A stretch of DNA of 33,685 nt. Origin: a virus (lineage: Duplodnaviria; Caudoviricetes). The DNA is taken from positions 1-33,685 of IMG/VR virus record IMGVR_UViG_3300044260_000023; one strand, 5' to 3'. The notes beneath the pieces are model-generated. The model saw only the letters and a program-made list of their open reading frames with translations, was not told the origin of the DNA and made no database searches. Each line of letters opens with the position of its first letter. The first letter of the stretch is position 1. Shown here in pieces: positions 1 to 8,918 of this stretch. The translations under genes and the position numbers were made by a program.

Positions 1-611
1 CTGTCAATCTTCTCGCAGAATATCCAGTACTCTTCCGGAACCGCAGTGCCCGATGCTGTGCCAATCGGCACGCCACGGAACTTCACGTCCACCCAGATGG
101 GATGGAAGTTGGCACGTGCAGCAACAGCAAGGAACTGTGCTGGACTAGCCATCACGCTGTAGTGGTTCAAGCCTTCGAACGTGTAGTGCTCTGGTGCCGG
201 TAGCACCACACCCAGCCAACCTTTGCACACCCGGCTCCATTCCATCAAGGATAGGATGGGCATGGGGCTGTGCTCCAGAGAGTGGCGGCTGAATATCATG
301 TCGAATGACTTGTCCGGATAGTCAAGGAAGTTGAAGTCCATGAGCTTGACGTTGTACCCGGCATTGAAGGCCGGGATAACATCTGGCCCGAGAGCGATGC
401 CGGTGTAGTCCACTCCCCACTTCTCGAACATGGGCTGGCAAAACCCCTGACCGGCACCCACGTCGAGCACAGTCTTCACCACGGGCATGCGGGACATCCA
501 ATGGTCAATGACTTCATTCGCCAGTGCAGTGTGGCCGGGGTCTGGGGGCTGTGGATACAGGTCGCCAGCAAGCTGGTCAAGATACTTGTCAATGTGTTCG
601 TAGTTTCTCAT
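1..611 (-). CDS. Class I SAM-dependent methyltransferase (runs off window edge; not in supplied ORF track)
   Basis: Manual translation from ATG at 611: MRNYEHIDKYLDQ...VLDVGAGQG (motif I)...DYPDKSFDMIFSRHSLEH; ATGA overlap with the rfbH stop; no stop before position 1. Confidence 0.85.
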   Translation of the reverse strand, partial: MRNYEHIDKYLDQLAGDLYPQPPDPGHTALANEVIDHWMSRMPVVKTVLDVGAGQGFCQPMFEKWGVDYTGIALGPDVIPAFNAGYNVKLMDFNFLDYPDKSFDMIFSRHSLEHSPMPILSLMEWSRVCKGWLGVVLPAPEHYTFEGLNHYSVMASPAQFLAVAARANFHPIWVDVKFRGVPIGTASGTAVPEEYWIFCEKID

Positions 612-1924
612 TTCATGTGTCCTTCCACAAATTGTTCGATGGTTGATATCATGTACTCGATGTGCTCTTCCGATAAACCGGGCCAGCATCCTATCCACAG
701 GGTGTTGCGCATTATAACATCCGTGTTGATAAGCTCCTGAAACACCTTGTGTTGGATGCCTTCATACGCTGGCTGCTTCAGCAGGTTGCCACCGAACAGC
801 AGACGGGTGCCAATCTTGTGAGCTTCCAGATAGTCTACGAACTCTTTCCGTGTGAACGGTGCCGTTTCTTTGACGGTGATTGCAAACCCAAACCACGAAG
901 GATTCGCACCGGCAATGGGCCGCTGAAAGCGGAAATATTTTCTATACTTATCGAGCCGGTGACGGAGGGTTGTCCAGTTATACTGCCTGTGCTCAGTGAA
1001 GGCGGCGAGCTTGTCAAGCTGACTGACGAGCAGTGCAGCACCAAAGTCCGTTCCTTTGAGGTTATAACCAATACGGCTGTAGACGTACTTGTGGTCATAT
1101 CCATCGGGTAGACCTCCCATGTTCTTATGTTCGAACCGCAGACCACACGTGTTCTGTTGGCCCGGTTCACACCAGCAGTCACGCCCCCAATCCCTGTAGC
1201 TCTCCAGCACTTTCTTTGCCATGGGCAGGGACGTTAGAACAGCCCCGCCTTCTCCAGCAGTGATATGATGAGCCGGATAAAAAGACACAGTAGCCATGTC
1301 GCCATAAGAACCAGCGAGGCGACCATAGAAACTGCCGCCAAGGGCGTCACAGGCATCTTCAAGAAACCATAGGTGGTACTCTCGGGCGATATCAGCAAGA
1401 CTATCCAAGTCCAGCACATTACCGAGAGGGTGAGCCAAGACAATAGCTTTTGTAGTCCCTTCAACAACCGCATTTTCAATTACCTCCGGGTCTGGGAGAA
1501 ACGTATCCAAATCCACATCCACAAAAACTGGAACCAGATTATTCTGAAGGATGGGATTGAGAGTGGTGGGGAACCCGGCTGCAACGGTAATGACTTCATC
1601 GCCGGGTCTGGCTGCGTGTGTTCCAAAGACTTTATCAGTAATGGTAGTAGTTGCCAGAAGGTTTGCGCTACTACCACTGTTAGTGAGAGTGACGTTCCGA
1701 ATGGTGTCTTTGAAGTAACGACGAAGGTCTTTCTCGAACTGGACAGCGAACCGGCCTTCTGTGAAATCCATATCCAGAACTGCATCCACCAGCGACGACA
1801 AATCGTTGCCATCAATCACCTTGCCTGATACCGGTACGTAGGTCTCACCCGGCACAAACACTCTGGTAGACAGAGCCTTGTCGCCGTATTGCTTTACTCG
1901 CTCTTTGATTTGTTCTCTGTTCAT
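608..1924 (-). CDS. rfbH: CDP-4-keto-6-deoxyglucose 3-dehydrase (RfbH/DdhC, E1), PMP and [2Fe-2S] dependent
   Basis: DegT/DnrJ-like fold with SFYPAHHIT (His in place of the Schiff-base Lys), NSGSSANL, EDACDALG, and GRDCWC-x7-C...YDHKY cluster ligands typical of E1. Confidence 0.93.
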   Translation of the reverse strand: MNREQIKERVKQYGDKALSTRVFVPGETYVPVSGKVIDGNDLSSLVDAVLDMDFTEGRFAVQFEKDLRRYFKDTIRNVTLTNSGSSANLLATTTITDKVFGTHAARPGDEVITVAAGFPTTLNPILQNNLVPVFVDVDLDTFLPDPEVIENAVVEGTTKAIVLAHPLGNVLDLDSLADIAREYHLWFLEDACDALGGSFYGRLAGSYGDMATVSFYPAHHITAGEGGAVLTSLPMAKKVLESYRDWGRDCWCEPGQQNTCGLRFEHKNMGGLPDGYDHKYVYSRIGYNLKGTDFGAALLVSQLDKLAAFTEHRQYNWTTLRHRLDKYRKYFRFQRPIAGANPSWFGFAITVKETAPFTRKEFVDYLEAHKIGTRLLFGGNLLKQPAYEGIQHKVFQELINTDVIMRNTLWIGCWPGLSEEHIEYMISTIEQFVEGHMK

Positions 1925-2748
1925 GAGTACTCGTTATCCAGATATTGAATTAGAGCCTTTGCCATGGATGGAGTGCGGTACCCAAGACGGTTTATCTCGG
2001 TGCAGTCCAGAGCCGCCATGCGGGGCCGCATTGCACGCTGCTTCAGCTTGTCGGATGTGACACCTTCCACCATGCTGGACTTGCCGAACCAATCAGCCAC
2101 CATCAAGGCATACTCGTACTTGCTAATCACTTGGTCACCGGCCACATGGAAGATACCATTCTGGTTGTTTGCCAGACCGATGACGATATCTGTCAAATCT
2201 GTGGACAGGATGGGGTTCATGTACTGGTCGGTCGGAGCAAACACCTTCCGTCCACCTGTTACCGATGCTGCCACTGACTTGACGAAGTTCTTCTTGCCTT
2301 TCTCTTCACCGAACACACCGATGGTGCGGATAATCAGGGACGGGTGGTGACTGTCCACTATCATCTGCTCCACGTGGGCCTTCTGCCGACCGTAGTTCTG
2401 GATAGGGTCACGAAAGTCCTGCTCCATGTAAGGCGTGCTCTTGAACCCGTTGAACACATAGCCACTGGAGAACCATACTAGCTTGGCACCAAACATCTCA
2501 CACAGGCGCAGCACCAGCAGAGAGCCGCTGATGTTGGTCTGGTCGGTGGACTTGCTCTCACAGGCATCCACGTTGGCATTGGCCGCTGACAGGTACACCA
2601 ACTGTGGTCTCTCTTCCGAGAACACCTTGAACAGGGCATCGTAGTTGGTGATGTCCAGCAGGTCGTGATTGGTCTTCAGTGCATTGGGTAGGCGACGGGA
2701 TAGTGCAGAACCCACCAACCCACCCGAACCGATGATAAGGGTCTTCAT
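1921..2748 (-). CDS. RmlD-like NDP-4-keto-sugar reductase (extended SDR)
   Basis: MKTLIIGSGGLVG Rossmann motif, NVDACE, SSGYVFNG, YGRQK catalytic motif, DQYMNP; start reassigned to ATG 2748, which overlaps the upstream stop. Confidence 0.85.
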   Translation of the reverse strand: MKTLIIGSGGLVGSALSRRLPNALKTNHDLLDITNYDALFKVFSEERPQLVYLSAANANVDACESKSTDQTNISGSLLVLRLCEMFGAKLVWFSSGYVFNGFKSTPYMEQDFRDPIQNYGRQKAHVEQMIVDSHHPSLIIRTIGVFGEEKGKKNFVKSVAASVTGGRKVFAPTDQYMNPILSTDLTDIVIGLANNQNGIFHVAGDQVISKYEYALMVADWFGKSSMVEGVTSDKLKQRAMRPRMAALDCTEINRLGYRTPSMAKALIQYLDNEYS

Positions 2749-3692
2749 TTCTGGAACCACGTGCGGTACCATGAGTAGGTATCCCGCAGACCGTCCTCCA
2801 ATCCTATCTCCGGTGCCCATCCCAGCAGGGCCATCGCCTTGCTGTAGTCAATGTGCTGGTCGGTAATCTCATCCTGTGCCGTATCCATGACAATCGGCTC
2901 CAAGTCAATGCGGCCAGCTATCTCTGTCAGCCGGTGCACAACTTCCAGAGAGTTGTGTGGCTGTGCTCCACCGAAATTGAAAACGCTACCGGACGGTATG
3001 CTCTCGTTTTCCATTGCATCGGCCATCATGCGCAGAGCACGCACACCATCTGACACATGAATATAGTCCCTGCGCTGGAGACCGTTGGAGCGAATAGATG
3101 TGCTCCTACCGTATATGATGTCCCGGCACACACCCGGTACAATCCTGTCCCAATGGAAGTCATTGGGGCCGTACAGGTTGGCCGACCGGCTGATAACGAT
3201 AGGCAATTTGTATGCCTTGGCATAGGACTGTGCCAGCACATCAGCAGCCACCTTAGCTGCGTTGTAGGGATGGTCGGTGCCATTCAGCGGGCTGCTCTCG
3301 TTGGCATTCATGTTCTCCCCATACACCTTGTCGCTGGAGACAAACACGATGGCCCGGATGTTCTTACCCACCTGACGCACAGCTTCCAGCAGGTTGTAGG
3401 TGCCCCGTGTGGTCAGTTCGATGGTGAGCAACGGGTCACGCATGGCCGCAGTCACAATCGGCTGGGCCACCAGATGATACAGAATCAATGGGTCTTCCTG
3501 CATGATGAGCTTGCGGCACTGCTGGAAGTCCGTCACATCCATGTGGAAGTGAGACAGGTACTTGGTGCGTTCTGGGTCAGCCGGGGGTGTGTAGTTGAAT
3601 GTGGCACAGACTTCCCGCTGGGCCTTGACCAGAGCCTTGACCAGATTGCTGCCAAGGAACCCCTGACCACCGGTTACTATAGTTTCAGCCAT
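2745..3692 (-). CDS. rfbG: NDP-glucose 4,6-dehydratase, RfbG/DdhB-like
   Basis: TGGQGFLG, HLVAQPIV, SSDKVY, PYNAAK, NLYGPND; lies between rfbF and rfbH as in ddh/rfb operons. Confidence 0.78.
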   Translation of the reverse strand: MAETIVTGGQGFLGSNLVKALVKAQREVCATFNYTPPADPERTKYLSHFHMDVTDFQQCRKLIMQEDPLILYHLVAQPIVTAAMRDPLLTIELTTRGTYNLLEAVRQVGKNIRAIVFVSSDKVYGENMNANESSPLNGTDHPYNAAKVAADVLAQSYAKAYKLPIVISRSANLYGPNDFHWDRIVPGVCRDIIYGRSTSIRSNGLQRRDYIHVSDGVRALRMMADAMENESIPSGSVFNFGGAQPHNSLEVVHRLTEIAGRIDLEPIVMDTAQDEITDQHIDYSKAMALLGWAPEIGLEDGLRDTYSWYRTWFQK

Positions 3693-4119
3693 TTTTATTT
3701 TCCTCTATGTATCGTATAGCATTCATGAGAGTGGATACATTGTCTCTGGCATATCCCAACATGCGGTTACAGTGGTCACATAGAAGACCACGTACTTTTC
3801 CGCTTGTGTGGTCATGGTCAACATGGGGAGTATCCGAAAACTCATTCTCACATATTGCACATCGGTTGTCCTGAAGTTCCAGAAGAGCCTGATATTCCAC
3901 GTAGGTCAACCCATAATTACGCAACAAAGCACGCTCACGTATTCTATGCCGCACATCTGGATTTTCTGAATACCGTCGTGCCCGGATAGTCTGGCAAGAC
4001 TTGCAATACGTGCTGTACTGAAATCCAGTTTTAGTCTTTGCTCCAAACTTATAGAACTCAGTTATGGGCTTGTCGTGCAAACACTCCTTGCAAGTCTTTG
4101 TCTCTACAGTTTCAACCAT
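3685..4119 (-). CDS. Endonuclease VII-like (His-Me finger) free-standing endonuclease
   Basis: N-terminal CKEC...CKSC zinc finger; C-terminal CAIC...HVDHDHTSGKVRGLLCDHCN signature. Confidence 0.88.
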   Translation of the reverse strand: MVETVETKTCKECLHDKPITEFYKFGAKTKTGFQYSTYCKSCQTIRARRYSENPDVRHRIRERALLRNYGLTYVEYQALLELQDNRCAICENEFSDTPHVDHDHTSGKVRGLLCDHCNRMLGYARDNVSTLMNAIRYIEENKNG

Positions 4120-4871
4120 ACGGCCCCCTCTTTATCATATGTGTGTCGTATGTCTTCCAAGTCCCTCAGTGTGTCCACACAGTGCCAAAATCCTGTGTGT
4201 CGTACCGTTGTCATAAAGTTACTCGCTGCAATCAGTGGGTAGATATCCTTCTCCAGATTGCACTGGTCTCCACCGTGCAGCAGGACAGATGACAATATCT
4301 CCCACCGGAGCACGGAGAACCCACCGTTTATCCAATCGGTCTCAGACTCAACTTTCTCACCGAACTTCACCACCCGGTCTTGGTCAGTGATGATGGCTCT
4401 GCCGAACCGTCCTTCAGGATGCACCGTGGTGATACAGGCCAAATCATATGCTCCTTCGATTGCAGAGTACACCTTTCGGATGTTGACGTTGCCCAGACCA
4501 TCTCCATAAGTGAAATGGAAAGCAGTGTGGCGCAGTAGATATTCAAGTCGTGCAAGTCGGCCACCTGTCAGGGTATCTTCCCCGGTGTCCACCACACGAA
4601 CTCGGTACCCATGGTAATCGAATGACGTGTCACCCATGTTGACTGATACGTTGATGGGGTGGATGCTGTGGAAGTATCCATACACATATTCTTTCTTGTG
4701 CCCCACTGGAATGATAAAGTTGTTGACCCCCTGCATCATGTAAATGTCCATCACATGCTGGAGCAGGGGTTTGCCCCCTACGTCCAGCATGGGCTTGGGG
4801 ATGCTGGTGGTCTCCTCTGCAAGACGTGTGCCTTTACCACCAGCAAGGATAACGCAGGGAATGCTATTCAT
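4104..4871 (-). CDS. rfbF: Glucose-1-phosphate cytidylyltransferase (RfbF/DdhA)
   Basis: VILAGGKGTRLAEET..PKPM, VDTGEDTLTGGRL, TYGDG, WINGGF, HTGFWHCVDTLRD; probable start ATG 4871. Confidence 0.9.
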   Translation of the reverse strand: MNSIPCVILAGGKGTRLAEETTSIPKPMLDVGGKPLLQHVMDIYMMQGVNNFIIPVGHKKEYVYGYFHSIHPINVSVNMGDTSFDYHGYRVRVVDTGEDTLTGGRLARLEYLLRHTAFHFTYGDGLGNVNIRKVYSAIEGAYDLACITTVHPEGRFGRAIITDQDRVVKFGEKVESETDWINGGFSVLRWEILSSVLLHGGDQCNLEKDIYPLIAASNFMTTVRHTGFWHCVDTLRDLEDIRHTYDKEGAVWLKL

Positions 4872-5184
4872 GACTACCGTCAGCGTGCTTTCCCTGCTGA
4901 ATGAACTCCACACAGCAGACCGCAGTACCTATGTTGTTGCTAGTCCAGCGGCGATAAGAAGTCCACTCGAACACACCGGCTGGAGAACCGCACGTGCAGA
5001 ACAAGGTACTGCCCCGGCGACCTTCCATGTTCGGCTCACGAAACACAAAGTGCATGGACGTGGGCAGACAGGGATACCACTGGTGATGGCTGGGCAGGTA
5101 AATCTCAGACGACCGGCTCACCCACTCGCCGGTGATGGTCTGTGCATGGTTGGGGTCAGCGTGATTGCGAATAACGTGTGCCAT
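4864..5184 (-). CDS. Hypothetical protein with Cys/His cluster (FCTCG...CC...H)
   Basis: Fills the gap between the glycosyltransferase and rfbF with short overlaps at both ends. Confidence 0.6.
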   Translation of the reverse strand: MAHVIRNHADPNHAQTITGEWVSRSSEIYLPSHHQWYPCLPTSMHFVFREPNMEGRRGSTLFCTCGSPAGVFEWTSYRRWTSNNIGTAVCCVEFIQQGKHADGSHE

Positions 5185-6083
5185 TAGAAACCGCACTCCT
5201 GAAAGATTTGACCAATGCGTGCATCATAGGTGTGGGGCTGCACGGTCTTGTGAGCTTCGTGAGCAATGATGTCAGCAGTCTCGGGATGCTCTTTGGCCCA
5301 CAGCACTTTCTCTACTGCTTCATCCATCGTACCAAAGGCCAGATAGTCCACACCTTCAGTGAACCACTCGGCAAGGTCAGGCACCCGGTTGATGACCGGG
5401 CACAACTGCATTGCCATCAGTTCGAACACTCTGGCATTCAAGTCCAACAGCGATGACCAGTTCAGTCCAATCTTGGCACGCTGGTAGATGGCACGGGCTT
5501 CATCGAACACAGGCCCGTTCTCAAAGACCACCTTGATACCTTTGCTCTGGAGCCTAGCCACCCACTCCACACGCTGTGGGTAGGGCATGCCAATCATGGC
5601 AGCATCCACCGGGTCTGGAGCTTCACCGGGTATCCACACCGTGGGGTCATACGCATAGGGCAGGTAGATATCTCCCGGCTGCATGTAGACCTTCTGCATG
5701 TTGAAGAACTTGTCGCTCACCTTGCGAGTGTGGGCATAGTCCAGAACGTGTGGGTCAGTGCCCACTGCTACTGACATCACATCGGGCTTTTCTGCCCAGC
5801 GAAGGCCAGCGTCCACGTTGATAACGAAGTCTGGTCTCCAGCCATTCAACTGGTGCAGAACGTACTGGTAGTCCACCAGAGCACCCATCGGTGGGTAGGG
5901 CAGGTTCACATCGCCCGGATGCATGTACTTCACTGGCAGGTGCATGCCGTGCAACCACGGGATGAATGACCCGCTGTATGGGCCAGCCACCTTCAGTTCA
6001 ATATCCTTCCTGCGCTCCAGAGCACGTCGAAAGTACGTGCCCATGGCAAGTGGATAATTGAGATACAGCAGCAAGACTTTCAT
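5184..6083 (-). CDS. Glycosyltransferase, GT-B CgeB/Glyco_trans_1_2-like
   Basis: YLPYAYDP, IGMPYPQR, YQRAKIGLN, LNARVFELMA, IAHEAH...HTYDARI are typical of CgeB-like GTs. Confidence 0.85.
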   Translation of the reverse strand: MKVLLLYLNYPLAMGTYFRRALERRKDIELKVAGPYSGSFIPWLHGMHLPVKYMHPGDVNLPYPPMGALVDYQYVLHQLNGWRPDFVINVDAGLRWAEKPDVMSVAVGTDPHVLDYAHTRKVSDKFFNMQKVYMQPGDIYLPYAYDPTVWIPGEAPDPVDAAMIGMPYPQRVEWVARLQSKGIKVVFENGPVFDEARAIYQRAKIGLNWSSLLDLNARVFELMAMQLCPVINRVPDLAEWFTEGVDYLAFGTMDEAVEKVLWAKEHPETADIIAHEAHKTVQPHTYDARIGQIFQECGF

Positions 6084-6736
6084 TGGATGTTCCATTTTTC
6101 CTTGAACTTCTCTCTGTTACGCTCTGTCAATGCCTGACGCTCCGAGCCGTAGGAGATGGTCTGGGCACCTATGTGCTCCACCAATCCCGCTGCCATTTCC
6201 ACCAAAGACGAACCCATTGCCACAAACATCGTAGAAAGGTCAACGTCTTCATAGTCATTCGGCGCATAGCGTTCATCAAAGCCTCCGACTAAATCCCATG
6301 CGGAACGGCTGAACCCGAGACACCAGCCTTCTGCGTAGGGATATGTTTTTCCATTGAAGGTATTCCATCCGGTGTCATTCTGGTAGACCTTACCACCCAG
6401 CAGTGAGTTGGGATATATCCGCAGAGTGGACTTGGCTACCACCCCCAGATTGCCATGCACACGGACATCGTTGGACAGCAGCACCACCAAGTCACCATGG
6501 GACATGCGCACACCACGGTTGGCTGCACGCAGGAACCCTTCGTTCTCGGTGACTCGAATGACATCCAATGGGAGCAGGTCGCTCTCTTCCCACCAGTGCA
6601 ATCCTGTAACTTCTGTGGAGCCGTTATCTACCACCACTACTTCATCGAACGACCGACTGTTGTTGAAGATGTCGTAGAGTAGCTGGTGCGTCAGGTCGTA
6701 ATGGTTATACATGGTTATTACAGCAGAGATTTTCAT
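6080..6736 (-). CDS. Glycosyltransferase family 2
   Basis: MKISAVITMYN, VVVVDNGS, NEGFLRAANRG, LLSND, VGGFDERY..YEDVDL. Confidence 0.9.
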   Translation of the reverse strand: MKISAVITMYNHYDLTHQLLYDIFNNSRSFDEVVVVDNGSTEVTGLHWWEESDLLPLDVIRVTENEGFLRAANRGVRMSHGDLVVLLSNDVRVHGNLGVVAKSTLRIYPNSLLGGKVYQNDTGWNTFNGKTYPYAEGWCLGFSRSAWDLVGGFDERYAPNDYEDVDLSTMFVAMGSSLVEMAAGLVEHIGAQTISYGSERQALTERNREKFKEKWNIQ

Positions 6737-7146
6737 TTTATCTGATGGGGGCAAGTTCTACCAAACCGAACGGCAGAATTGCAATTCATGCATAGGATTC
6801 GATAGTGAGTTGGGTCATAGTTCTTGATGGCCTTGCGCATGGCAGTGGATGATGCTTCTTTCTTGAAGACACCCACCTGACCTTGAACATGGTCAATGGT
6901 TAGAAATGTGGGTTCGGTCTCACCACAGCAAACACACCGACCACCATACATCTCCAGAAATGAATTGCGGAGCTTTTCGTCCCGATTGCGATACCACACC
7001 TTGGACTTCTCTGGATTGTCTTTCTTGTATTGAATGCTCTTCTGGATAAGCGATGACCGGTTACGACGATACCTAGCATGCTGCTTTTCCAGTATGCTCT
7101 CTTTGTTCTTCTGGTAATACTGCGTATGGTATTCGTCCATCTTCAT
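6733..7146 (-). CDS. HNH endonuclease (free-standing)
   Basis: Basic helical N-terminus (YYQKNKE...), then CVCCGE..FLTIDHV...ILCMNCN...CPH; 4-nt overlaps with both neighbours. Confidence 0.85.
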   Translation of the reverse strand: MKMDEYHTQYYQKNKESILEKQHARYRRNRSSLIQKSIQYKKDNPEKSKVWYRNRDEKLRNSFLEMYGGRCVCCGETEPTFLTIDHVQGQVGVFKKEASSTAMRKAIKNYDPTHYRILCMNCNSAVRFGRTCPHQIK

Positions 7147-7373
7147 CCTAATCCTTGAAACAAGTAGAACCGTCCTTCCAGTTCTCGCTTGTAAATTAGC
7201 TTCTTGGTCTTCAGGCTCTCTTCCCATACTTCTTCGAACGTCTGGAAGTCCTGTGCTTCTTCCAGAAATGGAAAATACAAATACGGCGGGTCATCTGGGA
7301 AGGCGTATGACTTGCCATCCAGTGGCCCACCAATCAGGTTACACACATATACACGCTCATCCTCTGACCACAT
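7143..7373 (-). CDS. Hypothetical protein (LIGGPLDG motif)
   Basis: Fills the operon gap; GGPLDG is a recurrent motif in small phage proteins; start uncertain. Confidence 0.55.
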   Translation of the reverse strand: MWSEDERVYVCNLIGGPLDGKSYAFPDDPPYLYFPFLEEAQDFQTFEEVWEESLKTKKLIYKRELEGRFYLFQGLG

Positions 7374-8193
7374 CCCTGTCCATTTGATTGAACCCGGCCC
7401 AATAATCATACTGTGGCATGCCCATCATCCGTGAACGGAACGTGCTCAGACCAGCCTTGTGGGGCCGGTCGGCAGCTTCAGATGCAGTCCATGGTGTGCG
7501 CCGGGGAGTTATCTTTATATCAGGCTTGAACATGCGTACAAAATCATCCATGAATTTGTACTGGCTGACCGTCTGGGAACCGGCGATGTGCAGCACATTG
7601 GGCATGTTCACGATGCGCTCTGCATACCATGCCAGACACTCTGCGAAGTGGGGCAGATACATATAGCTGCGATGAATGAACGTGGGATAGTCGTAACGGG
7701 GTTTGTTGGTAAGCTCTGTAGATAGACGAACCCAATCGAACAGATAGGATGTACGGATTACTCGCACTACAGGGAATGTGTGACGCAGACCTTCAGCAGC
7801 GAGCTTGCTCAATGCATACGAGTTGACAGTGTGATTGGAAATTGGGTCAGTTTCCTTGTATGGCCCTCCACCTAGTCCAAGGAATGACTTGCCCGAGAAC
7901 ACGTGCTCTGTGGACAGGAAACCTACTTGTATCTTTCTCTCATCACAGGCACGGAAGATATTCAGGGCACCAGTGAAGTTGACCCGCATCACCTCATTCC
8001 AATGGCTCTTGTCTTCACAGTAATCTACGTTGGAGATACCGGCCAGATGCAGAACCACGTGGGGCTTGACTTCATCTAGCGCACGCTCCACGTCTTCATC
8101 ATCGGTGATGTCACAGAAAAGTGGGACTACCCCCCATTTATCAACGAGGAGTCGTCCCACTCTACCTGTAGAACCCGTACATGCTATCTTCAT
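7357..8193 (-). CDS. Second RmlD-like NDP-sugar reductase/epimerase
   Basis: MKIACTGSTGRVG, CDITD, HLAGISNVDYCE, STEHVFSG, YALSK. Confidence 0.85.
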   Translation of the reverse strand: MKIACTGSTGRVGRLLVDKWGVVPLFCDITDDEDVERALDEVKPHVVLHLAGISNVDYCEDKSHWNEVMRVNFTGALNIFRACDERKIQVGFLSTEHVFSGKSFLGLGGGPYKETDPISNHTVNSYALSKLAAEGLRHTFPVVRVIRTSYLFDWVRLSTELTNKPRYDYPTFIHRSYMYLPHFAECLAWYAERIVNMPNVLHIAGSQTVSQYKFMDDFVRMFKPDIKITPRRTPWTASEAADRPHKAGLSTFRSRMMGMPQYDYWAGFNQMDRDVVRG

Positions 8194-8215
8194 TTTCTGG
8201 TGGTGTCAGTAGTTG

Positions 8216-8554
8216 TTACTGGTTGGGGCCGTTCCGACGAACCGCCTTGTAAATATGCATCAGCGACAGCGGGCCGAAGAGGGCACTCAGCAACAGGACG
8301 AGCAAGTTCAGAAGTTCGTTGGCAAGCGGAGCAAAGTTCACCGGGATTTGACCGAGCAAACCGTTCAGGAAGGCCACGATGATGCCGACCACAACAGCGG
8401 TCAAGCCGGTAGCGAAGTCCGAAAGGTTGACGCCGGTGCCAGCGAGAATTTCCTTGATGCCCAGAGCGACAGCCGCAGCGACCAGTGACGTGATGAGAGC
8501 CACGACGTAGCTGGGAACAACAACACCTGACTGAAGTAACAGTGAATGTAACAT
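8216..8554 (-). CDS. Small membrane protein with about 3 TM segments (holin-like, unproven)
   Basis: Three hydrophobic stretches and a basic C-terminal tail; AAAGGAG RBS. Confidence 0.6.
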   Translation of the reverse strand: MLHSLLLQSGVVVPSYVVALITSLVAAAVALGIKEILAGTGVNLSDFATGLTAVVVGIIVAFLNGLLGQIPVNFAPLANELLNLLVLLLSALFGPLSLMHIYKAVRRNGPNQ

Positions 8555-8567
8555 TTAGTAGACTCCT

Positions 8568-8858
8568 TTACATATTTCCGGTTGTGTAGATATTGACGTT
8601 GGTTAGAGTTGCAAGTTGAAACGCTGCCTTGTAAGTACCATTATTGCAGTTGCAGCTTTTCTCTTTGATGGTGAGCAGCATCGGCACATCGCTGCGTTTC
8701 ACCCATGCCAAGTTGACGTGATTGACTGGTGAGAAGAAGTAATCGCTCCCTGAACCCTCCATAATCACACGCTTTGGATTTTCGGAGATAGTGTACTGCA
8801 AGGCCACTAAGCCTTCTTCGTTCATCACTTCTCCAGTGTCGAGTTGTCTGTATGTCAT
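8568..8858 (-). CDS. Hypothetical protein
   Basis: Co-oriented ORF directly behind a consensus promoter; CNC motif. Confidence 0.65.
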   Translation of the reverse strand: MTYRQLDTGEVMNEEGLVALQYTISENPKRVIMEGSGSDYFFSPVNHVNLAWVKRSDVPMLLTIKEKSCNCNNGTYKAAFQLATLTNVNIYTTGNM

Positions 8859-8868
8859 ACGGGGCTAC

Positions 8869-8898
8869 GTTATACTATGACTACCACGTTTCTGTCAA
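8869..8898 (-). promoter_or_regulatory. Sigma70/SigA-type promoter upstream of the glycosylation cluster
   Basis: Minus strand TTGACA-N18-TATAAC with AT-rich upstream tract; ATG 10 nt downstream, no Shine-Dalgarno. Confidence 0.65.
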
Positions 8899-8918
8899 TA
8901 GAGATTAATAAAAACAGA

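Noticed and set aside
3685-4119. Group I intron or intein carrying the endonuclease
   Set aside because: rfbF and rfbG appear complete and overlap the endonuclease ORF directly, leaving no room for intron core elements; the same holds for the HNH gene at 6733-7146.
1-8193. Host O-antigen locus flanking a prophage
   Set aside because: No att site, integrase, wzx/wzy or ABC exporter is seen; the genes are interleaved with phage-type endonucleases and share the phage's orientation and apparent motif avoidance.
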